Source of the DNA: Parcubacteria group bacterium Greene0416_36
Lineage (GTDB): Bacteria; Patescibacteriota; Patescibacteriia; VMEV01
Assembly: GCA_007375725.1 (NCBI GenBank)
Contig: VMEV01000006.1
Span: 6,929-70,928, forward strand
Direction: 5' to 3'
DNA length: 64,000 nt
Of the stretch, positions 38,936-48,161 are shown piece by piece. Positions within the stretch are counted from its first letter, which is position 1. The number at the start of each line of letters is the position of its first letter. Below the pieces are notes generated by a model. The model was not told the origin of the DNA and did no database searches. It was given only the letters and a program-made list of their open reading frames with translations. The position numbers and the translations under genes were made by a program.

Positions 38936-39257
38936 AATTGGGATCAATATATGAGAAAAACCCGTTCGATCCGGCAATGGTTGCTTTGCCATCGCATGCG
39001 GGGATGACAAGATCTTTTTGGATCACTCGAAGGAATTCTGAATTCTGGGGTTTTGGGGGAGGGACATTTGTCGAGCTTGTTTTTATGGTAGAAAACAAGT
39101 CAAACAAAACCTGTTCCATTTTTCTCTCGCCATTCTCCAAAGCCCCCATTGCCTCATCAAAACTGATCTCTTTCGTGGCTTGAGATACGACTTTTTTTGT
39201 AAGTTTTTCTATTTTTTTCAAGAACATTTTTTTTTGAGCAGTTTTCCAATTTTTCAT
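38889..39257 (-). pseudogene. Probably 3'-truncated hypothetical gene, paralog B of an inverted pair
   Basis: MKNWKT...PACDGKATI...YIDPNFKNWD, then runs into the antisense of paralog A. Confidence 0.65.
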
Positions 39258-39472
39258 TTTTGATCCTTTTTTTATTGCTTTTAACCAAAATCAGCCACAA
39301 ACAATATGGCAGAAATAATTTTGATTTTTTAAAAATGAAGCAGAGTATATTTACCACACTATTGCATATATTGTCAAGAATAAATTATAAATAAAGCCAA
39401 TCTTAGTATTTTTCTGTAAAATTCCAATAAAATGTTGACGAAATTTCGATTTCACCCTAGTATTTGCTCATA

Positions 39473-39546
39473 CCGTAGACAGCAGGCTTGGTGCGCCGAA
39501 ACCCGAAAGGGTGAAGGCGACGAGTACCATATAAGTCCTGCCGAGG
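39473..39546 (+). promoter_or_regulatory. L10 leader (ribosomal protein autoregulatory RNA)
   Basis: ccgtAGAcagcagg ... taagt-cctgccGAGG upstream of rplJ. Confidence 0.8.
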
Positions 39547-39649
39547 CATATTCATATCATTTTCGCATAATTGCGGGGAGAAATATGGATTTACCCCATT
39601 TTTTAAAAGTCGATTACGGTATGGTTATAAACCATATTTTTTTATTTCT

Positions 39650-40192
39650 ATGGCAAAAAGTAAACAAGCCAAAGCCCAAACCATGGAAACTTTAGTGACG
39701 GGATTTGCCAATTCCAAATCCGCGATTTTCGCTAATTTCATGGGACTCAAAGTCAAGGACATGATCAAATTGCGACGTACTTGCCGCAAGGAGAATGTTC
39801 AGTGCTTGGTTCTCAAAAAGAGCCTACTTCGAAAGAGTCTGGCTGATGCCAAACTGCATCCTGATTTCGACACCTCGGTTATTTCAAAAGGAGTTGCCGT
39901 ATTTTTGGGTGCGGATGAGGTAGGACCGGCCAAAATCATCAAGGAATTCGCCAAGGATCATCCCGTGGTCGAATTCTACGGCGGAGTGCTCAATGATCCC
40001 AATATGGCCGACAAAATGTTGTCCATTGAGGCGGTCAAAGCCTTGGCTTCCATCCCCAGCCGAGCCGAACTCTATGGCAAACTGGTCGGGACGCTCAATG
40101 CGCCGATGTCCGGTTTCGTCAATGTTCTCTCGGGCAATTTGCGCGGACTGGTCAATACGCTCAAGGCGGTAGCGGATAAGAAGACGGCTTAA
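39650..40192 (+). CDS. rplJ: 50S ribosomal protein L10
   Basis: FMGLKVKDMIKLR, VLKKSLL, ALASIPSRAEL; upstream of rplL. Confidence 0.95.
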   Translation: MAKSKQAKAQTMETLVTGFANSKSAIFANFMGLKVKDMIKLRRTCRKENVQCLVLKKSLLRKSLADAKLHPDFDTSVISKGVAVFLGADEVGPAKIIKEFAKDHPVVEFYGGVLNDPNMADKMLSIEAVKALASIPSRAELYGKLVGTLNAPMSGFVNVLSGNLRGLVNTLKAVADKKTA

Positions 40193-40198
40193 ATTCGA

Positions 40199-40285
40199 AA
40201 CAAATCCCACCCCAACCCTCCCTTTGACAAGGGAGGGAGCAGCAGCCTCCCCCTTGTCAAAGGGGGACTGAGGGGGATTTGTTGT
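40199..40285. repeat. Family A element between rplJ and rplL
   Basis: Near-identical to the other copies. Confidence 0.93.
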
Positions 40286-40325
40286 TATCATTCAACATCA
40301 CTTATAAATTTTTAATTTAAATTTT

Positions 40326-40724
40326 ATGGAAGAGAAAAAAGAAGTCGTAGTTCCCGAGAAGTTTAAATCTTTCGTGGAAACTGTAGAAAAAATGTCCGTT
40401 TTGGACTTGTCTGAATTGGTCAAAATTTTGGAAGAGAAGTTTGGCGTGTCTGCCGCTGCTCCCATGATGATGGCCGGCGCCGCTCCTGTAGCCGCTGCCG
40501 CCGCTGAAGAGAAGACCTCCTTCAATGTCGAGCTCACTGAATCCGGAGCCAATAAGATCAATGTGATCAAAGCCGTCCGAGAAGCCACGGGTCTTGGCCT
40601 CAAAGAAGCCAAGGACATGGTTGACGCCGCTCCCAAGATGATCAAAGAAGGCGTGAACAAAGAAGACGCCGAGAAGATGAAGAAAGCTTTCGAAGCCGCT
40701 GGGGCGAAGGTAACTCTCAAATAA
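40326..40724 (+). CDS. rplL: 50S ribosomal protein L7/L12
   Basis: [33 protein letters not shown]. Confidence 0.98.
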   Translation: MEEKKEVVVPEKFKSFVETVEKMSVLDLSELVKILEEKFGVSAAAPMMMAGAAPVAAAAAEEKTSFNVELTESGANKINVIKAVREATGLGLKEAKDMVDAAPKMIKEGVNKEDAEKMKKAFEAAGAKVTLK

Positions 40725-40739
40725 TAGCCAGATTTGCTA

Positions 40740-40775
40740 CTAAAACACACTGGATTTATACCTAGTGTGTTTTAG
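40740..40775 (+). terminator. Intrinsic terminator after rplL
   Basis: ctaaaacacact..agtgtgttttag followed by Ts. Confidence 0.7.
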
Positions 40776-40883
40776 TTTTATGCGAATCAGGCTATTATAA
40801 TTAAAAATTCAAAATTAAAAATTAATAATGTGACAGCCGGTTGCTTCATTTTTAATTTTTAATTTTTAATTATTAATTGTTGT

Positions 40884-41669
40884 ATGTCTACCACCTCTTG
40901 GTCCGAAGTCTCCGAATGGTATGATCAACTGCTCGAAGAAGACCCAAACTCATTTCAAAAAAAAGTGATACTGCCGAATTTAGAGAGGCTCACGGCGTGC
41001 AAAGCGGGGGACTCGGTGCTGGATCTCGCTTGCGGGCAGGGATTTTTTTCGTTCGCGCTTTCGGCTTCGGGCGCGAAATTCACGGGCATTGATTTGGGCG
41101 AGAATCTGATCGCCAAAGCCAACCAAAAACGGAAAACATTTCCCAAAAAGGAACTGGTGTCTTTTGCCGTGGGGAATGCCGAGGCTCTCCCTGAACTCAA
41201 GAACCAGTCCTTTAATAAAATTATTATCATTCTCGCCATCCAGAATATCGAAAAAGCGCATCAGGTCTTCGCTGAATGTGCGAGAGTCCTCCAGCCTGGA
41301 GGGAAGATGTGGCTTGTGATGAATCATCCCTCTTTTCGAGTGCCGCAGGGCTCGGACTGGGGTTTTGACGAAGCAAAAAAGCAGTATTATCGGAAGGTTG
41401 ACACCTACATGTCTGAGTCCAAAATCAAAATCGACATGACCCCAGGCAGCAAAATCAATAAGCAGTTCACGCTTACTTTTCATCGTCCTCTTCAATATTA
41501 CTTCAAGCTTTTGGGAAAGGCCGGGTTCAATATTACTCGCTTGGAAGAATGGATTTCCCACAAATCTCGCCAGCAAGATTCTAAGCACGAGGCTTGGGAG
41601 AAGGCGAGGCATGAGATTCCGATGTTTATGTGTTTGGAGGCGGCTAAGGGTGTGGTTGAAATTAAATAA
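40884..41669 (+). CDS. Class I SAM-dependent methyltransferase
   Basis: VLDLACGQG, GID, RVLQPGG, FHRPL. Confidence 0.9.
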   Translation: MSTTSWSEVSEWYDQLLEEDPNSFQKKVILPNLERLTACKAGDSVLDLACGQGFFSFALSASGAKFTGIDLGENLIAKANQKRKTFPKKELVSFAVGNAEALPELKNQSFNKIIIILAIQNIEKAHQVFAECARVLQPGGKMWLVMNHPSFRVPQGSDWGFDEAKKQYYRKVDTYMSESKIKIDMTPGSKINKQFTLTFHRPLQYYFKLLGKAGFNITRLEEWISHKSRQQDSKHEAWEKARHEIPMFMCLEAAKGVVEIK

Positions 41670-41705
41670 AAAATCCATCAGTTATTTTGACCAATGGAAT
41701 TTGCT

Positions 41706-41752
41706 AGCAACAAACCCATCCCCCGACCCCTTCCCTTAACAAGGAAGGGGGG
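41706..41752. repeat. Family A half element
   Basis: agcaacaaacccatcccccgaccccttcccttaacaaggaagggg. Confidence 0.75.
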
Positions 41753-41772
41753 AAACATCCATTGCTTTATTA

Positions 41773-42105
41773 TTACCTGATCCAAGTCAAAGCCTTTTTC
41801 CAGAGATCTCCACAGTAGGATAATTCCATCATTTCTTCGTCATCAATGCCATAGTGCCGGAGGGTATTATAGAGATGATCAGACAGTCGTTCATAGAGGA
41901 TGTATGGCGACGAAGATTGGGAAGATTCGTGATTTGAAACAATAAATTCCTTTTGCCGGAATAAATTGATCAAATCATAGATCCAGGGTGAACTTCCAAG
42001 GAACGAATAAATATCTTTTTTTTTCCACCCGTATTCCCATAAACTGTGATACAAATAATCCGCTTTGCCTTCTCGTCTTGCCCGTCGAGTCCAATTTTTT
42101 GCCAT
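41773..42105 (-). CDS. Orphan hypothetical protein
   Basis: About 110 aa ORF filling the gap; start uncertain. Confidence 0.55.
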   Translation of the reverse strand: MAKNWTRRARREGKADYLYHSLWEYGWKKKDIYSFLGSSPWIYDLINLFRQKEFIVSNHESSQSSSPYILYERLSDHLYNTLRHYGIDDEEMMELSYCGDLWKKALTWIR

Positions 42106-42183
42106 TTTTGTTTTCCATTTCGAATAAAAAAACCGGATATTTATATTTAAATTAGGGGGAATGGGGGGAAATTGCAAGATATT

Positions 42184-43365
42184 ATGAAATCAAAATCTCA
42201 AATTCACTCCCCCCTTATCGCCTGGTTCGCCCTCCACCAGCGCGTTTTGCCGTGGCGCGAAATCCGCACTCCTTACCGCTCTTGGATTTCCGAAATCATG
42301 CTTCAACAGACGCAGGTGGACACGGTGGTGCCTTATTTTTTGCGTTGGATGGAGAAGTATCCAGATGTGGAAACATTGTCGAGGGCTTCGGAAGAGGAAA
42401 TAGTGAAGATGTGGGAGGGGCTGGGATATTATTCGCGCGCGAAAAATATTCTAAGAAGCGCCAAAATGATTATGGAACGATGGGGCGGACGGTTTCCGGA
42501 AAATTATGACGATATATTGTCCCTGCCCGGAATAGGGGAGTATACCGCGGGCGCGATTCTGTCGATTGCCATGAAAAAGCCCTATCCGATTGTGGACGGC
42601 AATGTCATGCGCGTGTATTCACGTCTTCTCCGAGACGACACGGACATTTCTTCGACGGCTGGCAAAAAGCATTTCTGGAAAATTGCCGAAAAATACCTGG
42701 ATCGCGAAAAACCCCATTTGTACAATGAGGCTCTTATGGAATTAGGCGCCTTGGTCTGCACTCCGGCCAATCCCAAATGCGCCGTGTGTCCGTGGCACGA
42801 TATTTGCGTAGCTCGCCGTGACAAAAAACAGTCCCTGTATCCCGTCAAAAATAAAAAAAACGACTGTCAAAAACTGAATAAAATTGCGTGGATTATTAGA
42901 AAAGAGGATTTAAAAAAAGGATCCATGATTTGGATTCAAAAAACGCCTATGGGTCAGGCGAGGGGAGGGCTGTGGGAATTCCCGACGGAGGATGTAACGG
43001 GTCAGAGCACGGTTCGTAACCCCGATGCGCCTCGGGGCGGGTTTAAAACCCGCCCCTACCGAGGAGATGCCACATACCTCTGCCGTGTCCAGCATTCCTA
43101 CACGAAATATCGGGTGACCCTGGACGCGTATTGCGTTGAAATTCCAATGGATGGGTCTGATGGTGTAGCGGCGCAGCGCGCTGTGCCCCTACAGGCTTGC
43201 ATAGATAAACAAAACGGCAAATGGGTCGTTTTGGATGAGCTAAAAAACTACACCTTTTCTTCTGGCGCCCGAAAAGTGCTAAAGTACTTACAGAGAATAA
43301 ATCCCTCCCCAACCCTCCCTTTGACAAGGGAGGGAGCTGTTTCCCCCTTGTCAAAGGGGGACTAA
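42184..43365 (+). CDS. mutY: A/G-specific adenine glycosylase carrying REP-derived insertions
   Basis: WISEIMLQQTQV, WEGLGYYSRA, LPGIGEYTA, VDGNVMRV, C-x6-C-x2-C-x5-C, GLWEFP. Confidence 0.96.
   Translation: MKSKSQIHSPLIAWFALHQRVLPWREIRTPYRSWISEIMLQQTQVDTVVPYFLRWMEKYPDVETLSRASEEEIVKMWEGLGYYSRAKNILRSAKMIMERWGGRFPENYDDILSLPGIGEYTAGAILSIAMKKPYPIVDGNVMRVYSRLLRDDTDISSTAGKKHFWKIAEKYLDREKPHLYNEALMELGALVCTPANPKCAVCPWHDICVARRDKKQSLYPVKNKKNDCQKLNKIAWIIRKEDLKKGSMIWIQKTPMGQARGGLWEFPTEDVTGQSTVRNPDAPRGGFKTRPYRGDATYLCRVQHSYTKYRVTLDAYCVEIPMDGSDGVAAQRAVPLQACIDKQNGKWVVLDELKNYTFSSGARKVLKYLQRINPSPTLPLTREGAVSPLSKGD
43034..43059. repeat. Family E REP in frame inside mutY (RGGFKTRPY)
   Basis: ggggcgggtttaaaacccgcccctac. 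Confidence 0.85.
43164..43193. repeat. Family E REP in frame inside mutY (VAAQRAVPLQ)
   Basis: tgtagcggcgcagcgcgctgtgcccctaca, a 2-mismatch copy of 49803-49830. Confidence 0.85.
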
Positions 43366-43379
43366 GGGGGATTTGTTGT
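43299..43379. repeat. Family A element encoding the mutY C-terminal tail and stop
   Basis: NPSPTLPLTREGAVSPLSKGD* is translated from the repeat. Confidence 0.92.
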
Positions 43380-43407
43380 TTCATTTTTAATTCTTAATTA
43401 TTTATCT

Positions 43408-43617
43408 ATGCAGAATATTAATTACGATTTGATCAAAGTCCTTCACATGAATCAGCGCCTCTCCTGGTTCATCGAGCATCACGCTCTCCCTGACGCCAAT
43501 ACCGCCAAATGTCACAGTGTCCCCGCGCTCGAAAAAATGCTCGCGGATCTCAAAGGCCACGAAAAGGCCATTTCCGCGGAAATCGGCATGAGAGTGGGGG
43601 CGAAGGTGTGGGAGTAG
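43408..43617 (+). CDS. Small hypothetical protein
   Basis: 69 aa, T-ATG start, followed by a hairpin. Confidence 0.7.
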   Translation: MQNINYDLIKVLHMNQRLSWFIEHHALPDANTAKCHSVPALEKMLADLKGHEKAISAEIGMRVGAKVWE

Positions 43618-43619
43618 AT

Positions 43620-43671
43620 CTCAAAATAAATATAGGGATGTAGCATGCTACATCCCTATATTTATTTTGAG
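43620..43671. terminator. 52-bp perfect palindrome with REP core
   Basis: ctcaaaataaatatagggatgtagca|tgctacatccctatatttattttgag. Confidence 0.75.
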
Positions 43672-43733
43672 CATTTCTTTCACGAATCTCTCTAAAATGC
43701 TATATTCAGAAAATAAAAAACTCTATTTCTGCT

Positions 43734-45155
43734 ATGAAAAAATCCACCCTCATTGCCACCATCAGCCTCATCCCTCTTGATTTCGCCGCTCTTCTTGCGG
43801 CGGGAAGTGTGGCGTATTTGATTCGTTTCGCACAATTTTTCAAGGAGGCGCGTCCCATTATTTTCAATCTGCCTTTTGAGGCTTATTTGGCTTATTTACT
43901 ACCGGCAGCTGCTATCGGAGTTGGGATATTCTCACTGTTCGGCCTCTATTCCACAAAGAAAAAAAATAAGGCGGATTTTCGAATGATTTTCGCGGCTTCA
44001 TCGGTGCTTCTGACTCTCATTGTCTTTTTATTTTTCTTCTCCCGCGAATTATTTTCTTCCCGATTTATCGTGCTGGCCGGATGGATTCTGGCGATTTTTT
44101 TTGTATTTTTGGGGAGACTGGCATTCGTCTCCATACAAAAATCACTTTTCAAAAAAGGCATTGGCACACAAAAAGTCATATTATTCGGTTCCAATTCCAG
44201 CGCGCGTGATCTGGAAATGTTTATAAACGAAAACCCGGAAGAAGGCTATGAAATCATCGGAACTTTCGACAGCTACAAAAAAGACTGGGAAACTCGGCTA
44301 TCCGTTTTTATGGCTGAGCACCCGGCGGATTTGATTTTGCAAACCGATATTTCGCTCTCGAGAGAAGATTCGCTTAGACTCCTAGCCATCAGCCAACAAA
44401 CCCACACAGATTTTCAATATGTGGCGAACATGTTCGAGACTCTCGGAGGGCGCATGAATATCGATACTCTTTTCGGACTCCCTATTATTTCAATACAAAA
44501 AACCCCGCTGGAAGGGTGGGGGACGGTTTACAAGAGAATTTACGATATTATTGTTTCCCTGTTTGCCATGATTATTTTTTCGCCCATTTTTCTATTGCTG
44601 GCGGTCTTGGTGAAACTTGACTCCAAAGGCCCGATTATCTACAAAAATGAAAGGGTGGGACGAAAAGGAAACACCTTCACCACCTACAAATTCCGCACCA
44701 TGAGAATCGAATACTGCACGGGTTCGGGATACGACAAAACCGGAACCGCCCTCGAATACGAACAGGAACTGATCCGCGCGCAGAATATGCGAAAAGGCGG
44801 GATTTATAAAATCGAGGATGATCCCCGCCGGACAGGCTTGGGGAGATTTCTCGAGCGCACCAGCCTCGATGAGCTGCCTCAGTTTTTCAATGTGCTTCTC
44901 GGAAACATGAGCATAGTCGGACCCCGTCCCCACCAGCCCCGAGAAGTCGACCATTACGGCCGCATCTATCCCAAACTCTTCGACGTCAAACCCGGCATCA
45001 CGGGACTCCCTCAAATTTCCGGCCGGTCGGATCTGGATACCGAGGATGAGGTCAAACTGGATCTCTATTACATCGAAAATTGGTCTCTTTGGCAGGATAT
45101 TGCCATCTCGATCAAGACGCCATTTATAGCGGTGTTGGGGAAGCATAAGTCATAA
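43734..45155 (+). CDS. Polyprenyl-phosphate sugar phosphotransferase (WcaJ/WbaP family)
   Basis: KRIYDI, YKFRTM, DPR.T..GRFL..TSLDELPQFFNVL.G.MSIVGPRP, KPGITG. Confidence 0.95.
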   Translation: MKKSTLIATISLIPLDFAALLAAGSVAYLIRFAQFFKEARPIIFNLPFEAYLAYLLPAAAIGVGIFSLFGLYSTKKKNKADFRMIFAASSVLLTLIVFLFFFSRELFSSRFIVLAGWILAIFFVFLGRLAFVSIQKSLFKKGIGTQKVILFGSNSSARDLEMFINENPEEGYEIIGTFDSYKKDWETRLSVFMAEHPADLILQTDISLSREDSLRLLAISQQTHTDFQYVANMFETLGGRMNIDTLFGLPIISIQKTPLEGWGTVYKRIYDIIVSLFAMIIFSPIFLLLAVLVKLDSKGPIIYKNERVGRKGNTFTTYKFRTMRIEYCTGSGYDKTGTALEYEQELIRAQNMRKGGIYKIEDDPRRTGLGRFLERTSLDELPQFFNVLLGNMSIVGPRPHQPREVDHYGRIYPKLFDVKPGITGLPQISGRSDLDTEDEVKLDLYYIENWSLWQDIAISIKTPFIAVLGKHKS

Positions 45156-45184
45156 AGAGGCAAAGACAGACAAAAAAAACAGCC

Positions 45185-45303
45185 AGCAACAAACCCCATC
45201 CCAGCCTTCCCCTTAACAAGGGAAGGAGTAACAGCCATACCAATGAAATAGAGGGGCTGTTCCCTCCCTTGTTAAGGGGAGGGTTAAGGAGGGGTTTGTT
45301 GCT
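45185..45303. repeat. Family A element (TTAAC variant, longer spacer)
   Basis: agcaacaaacccc..ccttaacaaggg ... cccttgttaagggg..ggggtttgttgct. Confidence 0.88.
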
Positions 45304-45389
45304 ATCGTCTATTGTCCCTAATTGGAATAGGCGATTTTTAAATTGATTTTTAGCGAATTTTGGTGTAAATTAGGAACAAAATATTTCAT

Positions 45390-46330
45390 ATGAAGGTCGC
45401 TTTGGTCCATGATCACCTGGCTCAGGACGGGGGATCAGAACAAGTGCTGAAAGTTTTTCACGAGCTTTTCCCTGAAGCTCCGACCTTTGTTTTGGTTCAT
45501 GACCGGGCCAAGGCTTCGCCGCAATTCCTCAAAAAAGATATCCGTACTTCTTTCATTCAAGATATCCCCATGGGACTCCGAAAATACCAGTGGTTTTTGC
45601 CGCTCATGCCGCACGCAGTGGAGCGCTACGACCTCTCGGGATTTGATATCGTCCTGTCATCATCCGCAATATGAGCGCCCAGAGAGTTGACCATTTCATC
45701 GCCAATTCAGATACCGTGCGAGGCCGTATTGAAAAATATTATGATCGGGACAGTCATGTCATTTATCCGCCGGTGCAAACCGGAATTTTTCAAATTACGC
45801 CCAAAACAGACGATTATTTTTTGGCGGGAGGAAGACTGGTTTATTACAAACGCATTGATTTGGTAGTCAAAGCTTTCAATACTACTGGAATTAAGCTCAA
45901 AATTTTCGGCGATGGGCCGGAAAGGGAAAAATTAGAGAAGATGGCTAGAGGAAATATTGAATTTGTTGGGAAAGTCGATGATAGTGTCAAAGCTCAATTA
46001 TTCTCTGGCGCAAAGGCCTATATTCACCCTCAGGAAGAAGATTTTGGTATTTCTGCGGTTGAATCCATGGCCGCCGGCCGGCCGGTATTGGCTCTTGGTC
46101 AAGGCGGGGCCCTTGAAAGCGTGATCCCGGGCGTAACCGGTGAACTGTTTTATCACCAAGGCTGGGAAGAAATCGCCGATCTGTCCGTCCGATTTGACAC
46201 CCAAAAGTATAATCCGTACCGTATCCGTGAACACGCTGAAAAGTTTTCGGTAGAGAGGTTTAAGAGGGAGATAATGGAATTTGTGAATAATAAGTATCAA
46301 GAATTTAACAAAAAATATGACTCTCAGTGA
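45390..46330 (+). pseudogene. GT4 glycosyltransferase split by an internal deletion/frameshift
   Basis: N-part MKVALVHDHL..GGSEQVL ends at SSSAI*; C-part VDHFIANS..EDFGISAVESMAAGRPV starts in another frame at an ATGA overlap. Confidence 0.75.
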
Positions 46331-48086
46331 ACTCAAAAAAAAGTATCTCGATTTTTTCAAATCGAAAGAACACGCGATTGTGCCGTCAGCGTCTCTCATT
46401 CCCGACAATGATCCTACTGCTCTATTCATCAATTCCGGTATGCATCCGCTGGTTCCCTATCTCTTGGGCCAGCCTCATCCGGCAGGGAAGCGGTTGGCGG
46501 ACGTGCAGAAATGCATCCGGACCGGCGATATTGAAGATGTGGGGGACAATACCCATCTAACTTTCTTCGAAATGCTCGGCAACTGGTCGCTGGGGGACTA
46601 TTTCAAAAAAGAAGCCATTGAGTGGAGTTTTGAATTTTTGACCGGCAAAGAATGGCTCAATATTCCGATTTCGAAATTGGCAGTGACCGTATTTGAAGGC
46701 GAAGAAGGAATTCCTCGGGATGAATTTTCGGCCGGAGTGTGGGAAAAGCTGGGTATGCCCAAGGACAGTATTTTTTTCATGCCTCGCGAAGACAACTGGT
46801 GGGGACCTGCCGGACAAACCGGACCCTGCGGACCGGATTCGGAGATGTTTTTCGTATTCGACAAGCCGGACTGCTCGCCCAAATGCCGCCCGGGCTGTAA
46901 ATGCGGCAAATACGTGGAGATCTGGAATGACGTATTCATGGAATTCAACAAGAACGCGGAAGGGAAGTATGTGCCCTTGGTTCAGCAGAATATCGATACG
47001 GGAATGGGTGTCGAGCGCACGGTCGTGGTCTTATCCGGAAAAAACAATGTTTATGAAATTGACGAATTCCAGGCGATTTTCAGAAAAATCGAAGAGATTT
47101 CCGGCAAGAAATACGTGGACTTCCAGAAATCCTTCCGCATCATCGGTGATCATATCCGCAGTTCGACCTTTATTTTGGGCGATCAAAAAGGTATTAGTCC
47201 CTCCAACGTCGATCAGGGCTATATTCTCCGCCGTCTCATTCGCCGCGCTTCCCGCCACGGCAAACTTTTGGGCATTACCGAACCTTTCTTGGGCCGACTC
47301 GCGGTCATCGTGATTGATCTCTATAGCAATGATTACGCGGAATTAAAACAGAATAAGGACCGAGTGATTTTAGAATTAGAAAAAGAAGAACAGAAATTTT
47401 TGGAAACCCTTGAAAAAGGACTCAAAGAATTTGAAAAACTGCTCAAAACCGGACCAGAACATACTATTGACGGCAAAACCGCCTTTGATCTTTTTGGCAC
47501 TTACGGCTTTCCTCTAGAAATGACGCGCGAGCTCGCCATGGAAAAAGGCATGAATGTGGATGAAACCGCTTTTTGGGAAGCGTATAAAGCCCACCAAGAG
47601 CTCTCCCGCGCCGGAGCCGAGCAGAAATTTAAAGGGGGACTCGCCGATCATTCGGAAATTTCAACCAAGTATCACACTGCCACTCATCTTCTCCACAAAG
47701 CTCTGCGAATGACTCTCGGCAATCATGTGGAACAGCGGGGAAGCAATATCACCCAGGAACGCATGCGCTTTGATTTTTCGCATCCGACCAAAATGACTCC
47801 GGACGAGATCAAGAAAGTCGAAGACATCGTAAACGAGGCCATCAAACGCGATATGCCCGTTTCCTGGAAAGAAATGACCGTCCCCGAAGCCAAAGCCGAA
47901 GGAGCCATCGGCCTCTTTGAAGAGAAATACGGCAATCAGGTCAAAGTCTACACCATGGGCGACTTCTCCAAAGAAATCTGCGGCGGACCTCATGTGGAAC
48001 ACACGGGAACACTCGGAACCTTCAAGATCGCGAAGGAAGAGGCCTGTTCGGCGGGGGTGAGGAGAATAAAGGCTGTATTGACATAA
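46317..48086 (+). CDS. alaS: Alanine--tRNA ligase (short form without C-Ala domain)
   Basis: LFINSGM, HLTFFEMLGNWS.GDYFK, GPCGPDSE, IDTGMG.ER, HTATHLL, EICGGPHV, AGVRRI. Confidence 0.96.
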   Translation: MTLSELKKKYLDFFKSKEHAIVPSASLIPDNDPTALFINSGMHPLVPYLLGQPHPAGKRLADVQKCIRTGDIEDVGDNTHLTFFEMLGNWSLGDYFKKEAIEWSFEFLTGKEWLNIPISKLAVTVFEGEEGIPRDEFSAGVWEKLGMPKDSIFFMPREDNWWGPAGQTGPCGPDSEMFFVFDKPDCSPKCRPGCKCGKYVEIWNDVFMEFNKNAEGKYVPLVQQNIDTGMGVERTVVVLSGKNNVYEIDEFQAIFRKIEEISGKKYVDFQKSFRIIGDHIRSSTFILGDQKGISPSNVDQGYILRRLIRRASRHGKLLGITEPFLGRLAVIVIDLYSNDYAELKQNKDRVILELEKEEQKFLETLEKGLKEFEKLLKTGPEHTIDGKTAFDLFGTYGFPLEMTRELAMEKGMNVDETAFWEAYKAHQELSRAGAEQKFKGGLADHSEISTKYHTATHLLHKALRMTLGNHVEQRGSNITQERMRFDFSHPTKMTPDEIKKVEDIVNEAIKRDMPVSWKEMTVPEAKAEGAIGLFEEKYGNQVKVYTMGDFSKEICGGPHVEHTGTLGTFKIAKEEACSAGVRRIKAVLT

Positions 48087-48161
48087 ATATATTTTTGTGA
48101 TAAAAAGAACCCGCGTAAAAATGGGTTCTTTTTATTTTTTTACAAAAAAAGGATATAAATA

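Noticed and set aside
38612-39257. DGR template/variable repeat pair
   Set aside because: Differences are not adenine-specific, both copies are N-terminal coding regions, and there is no reverse transcriptase in the window.
46317-48086. alaS as a truncated pseudogene
   Set aside because: Aminoacylation and editing motifs are intact, the gene ends cleanly before a terminator, and short AlaRS forms lacking C-Ala are known.
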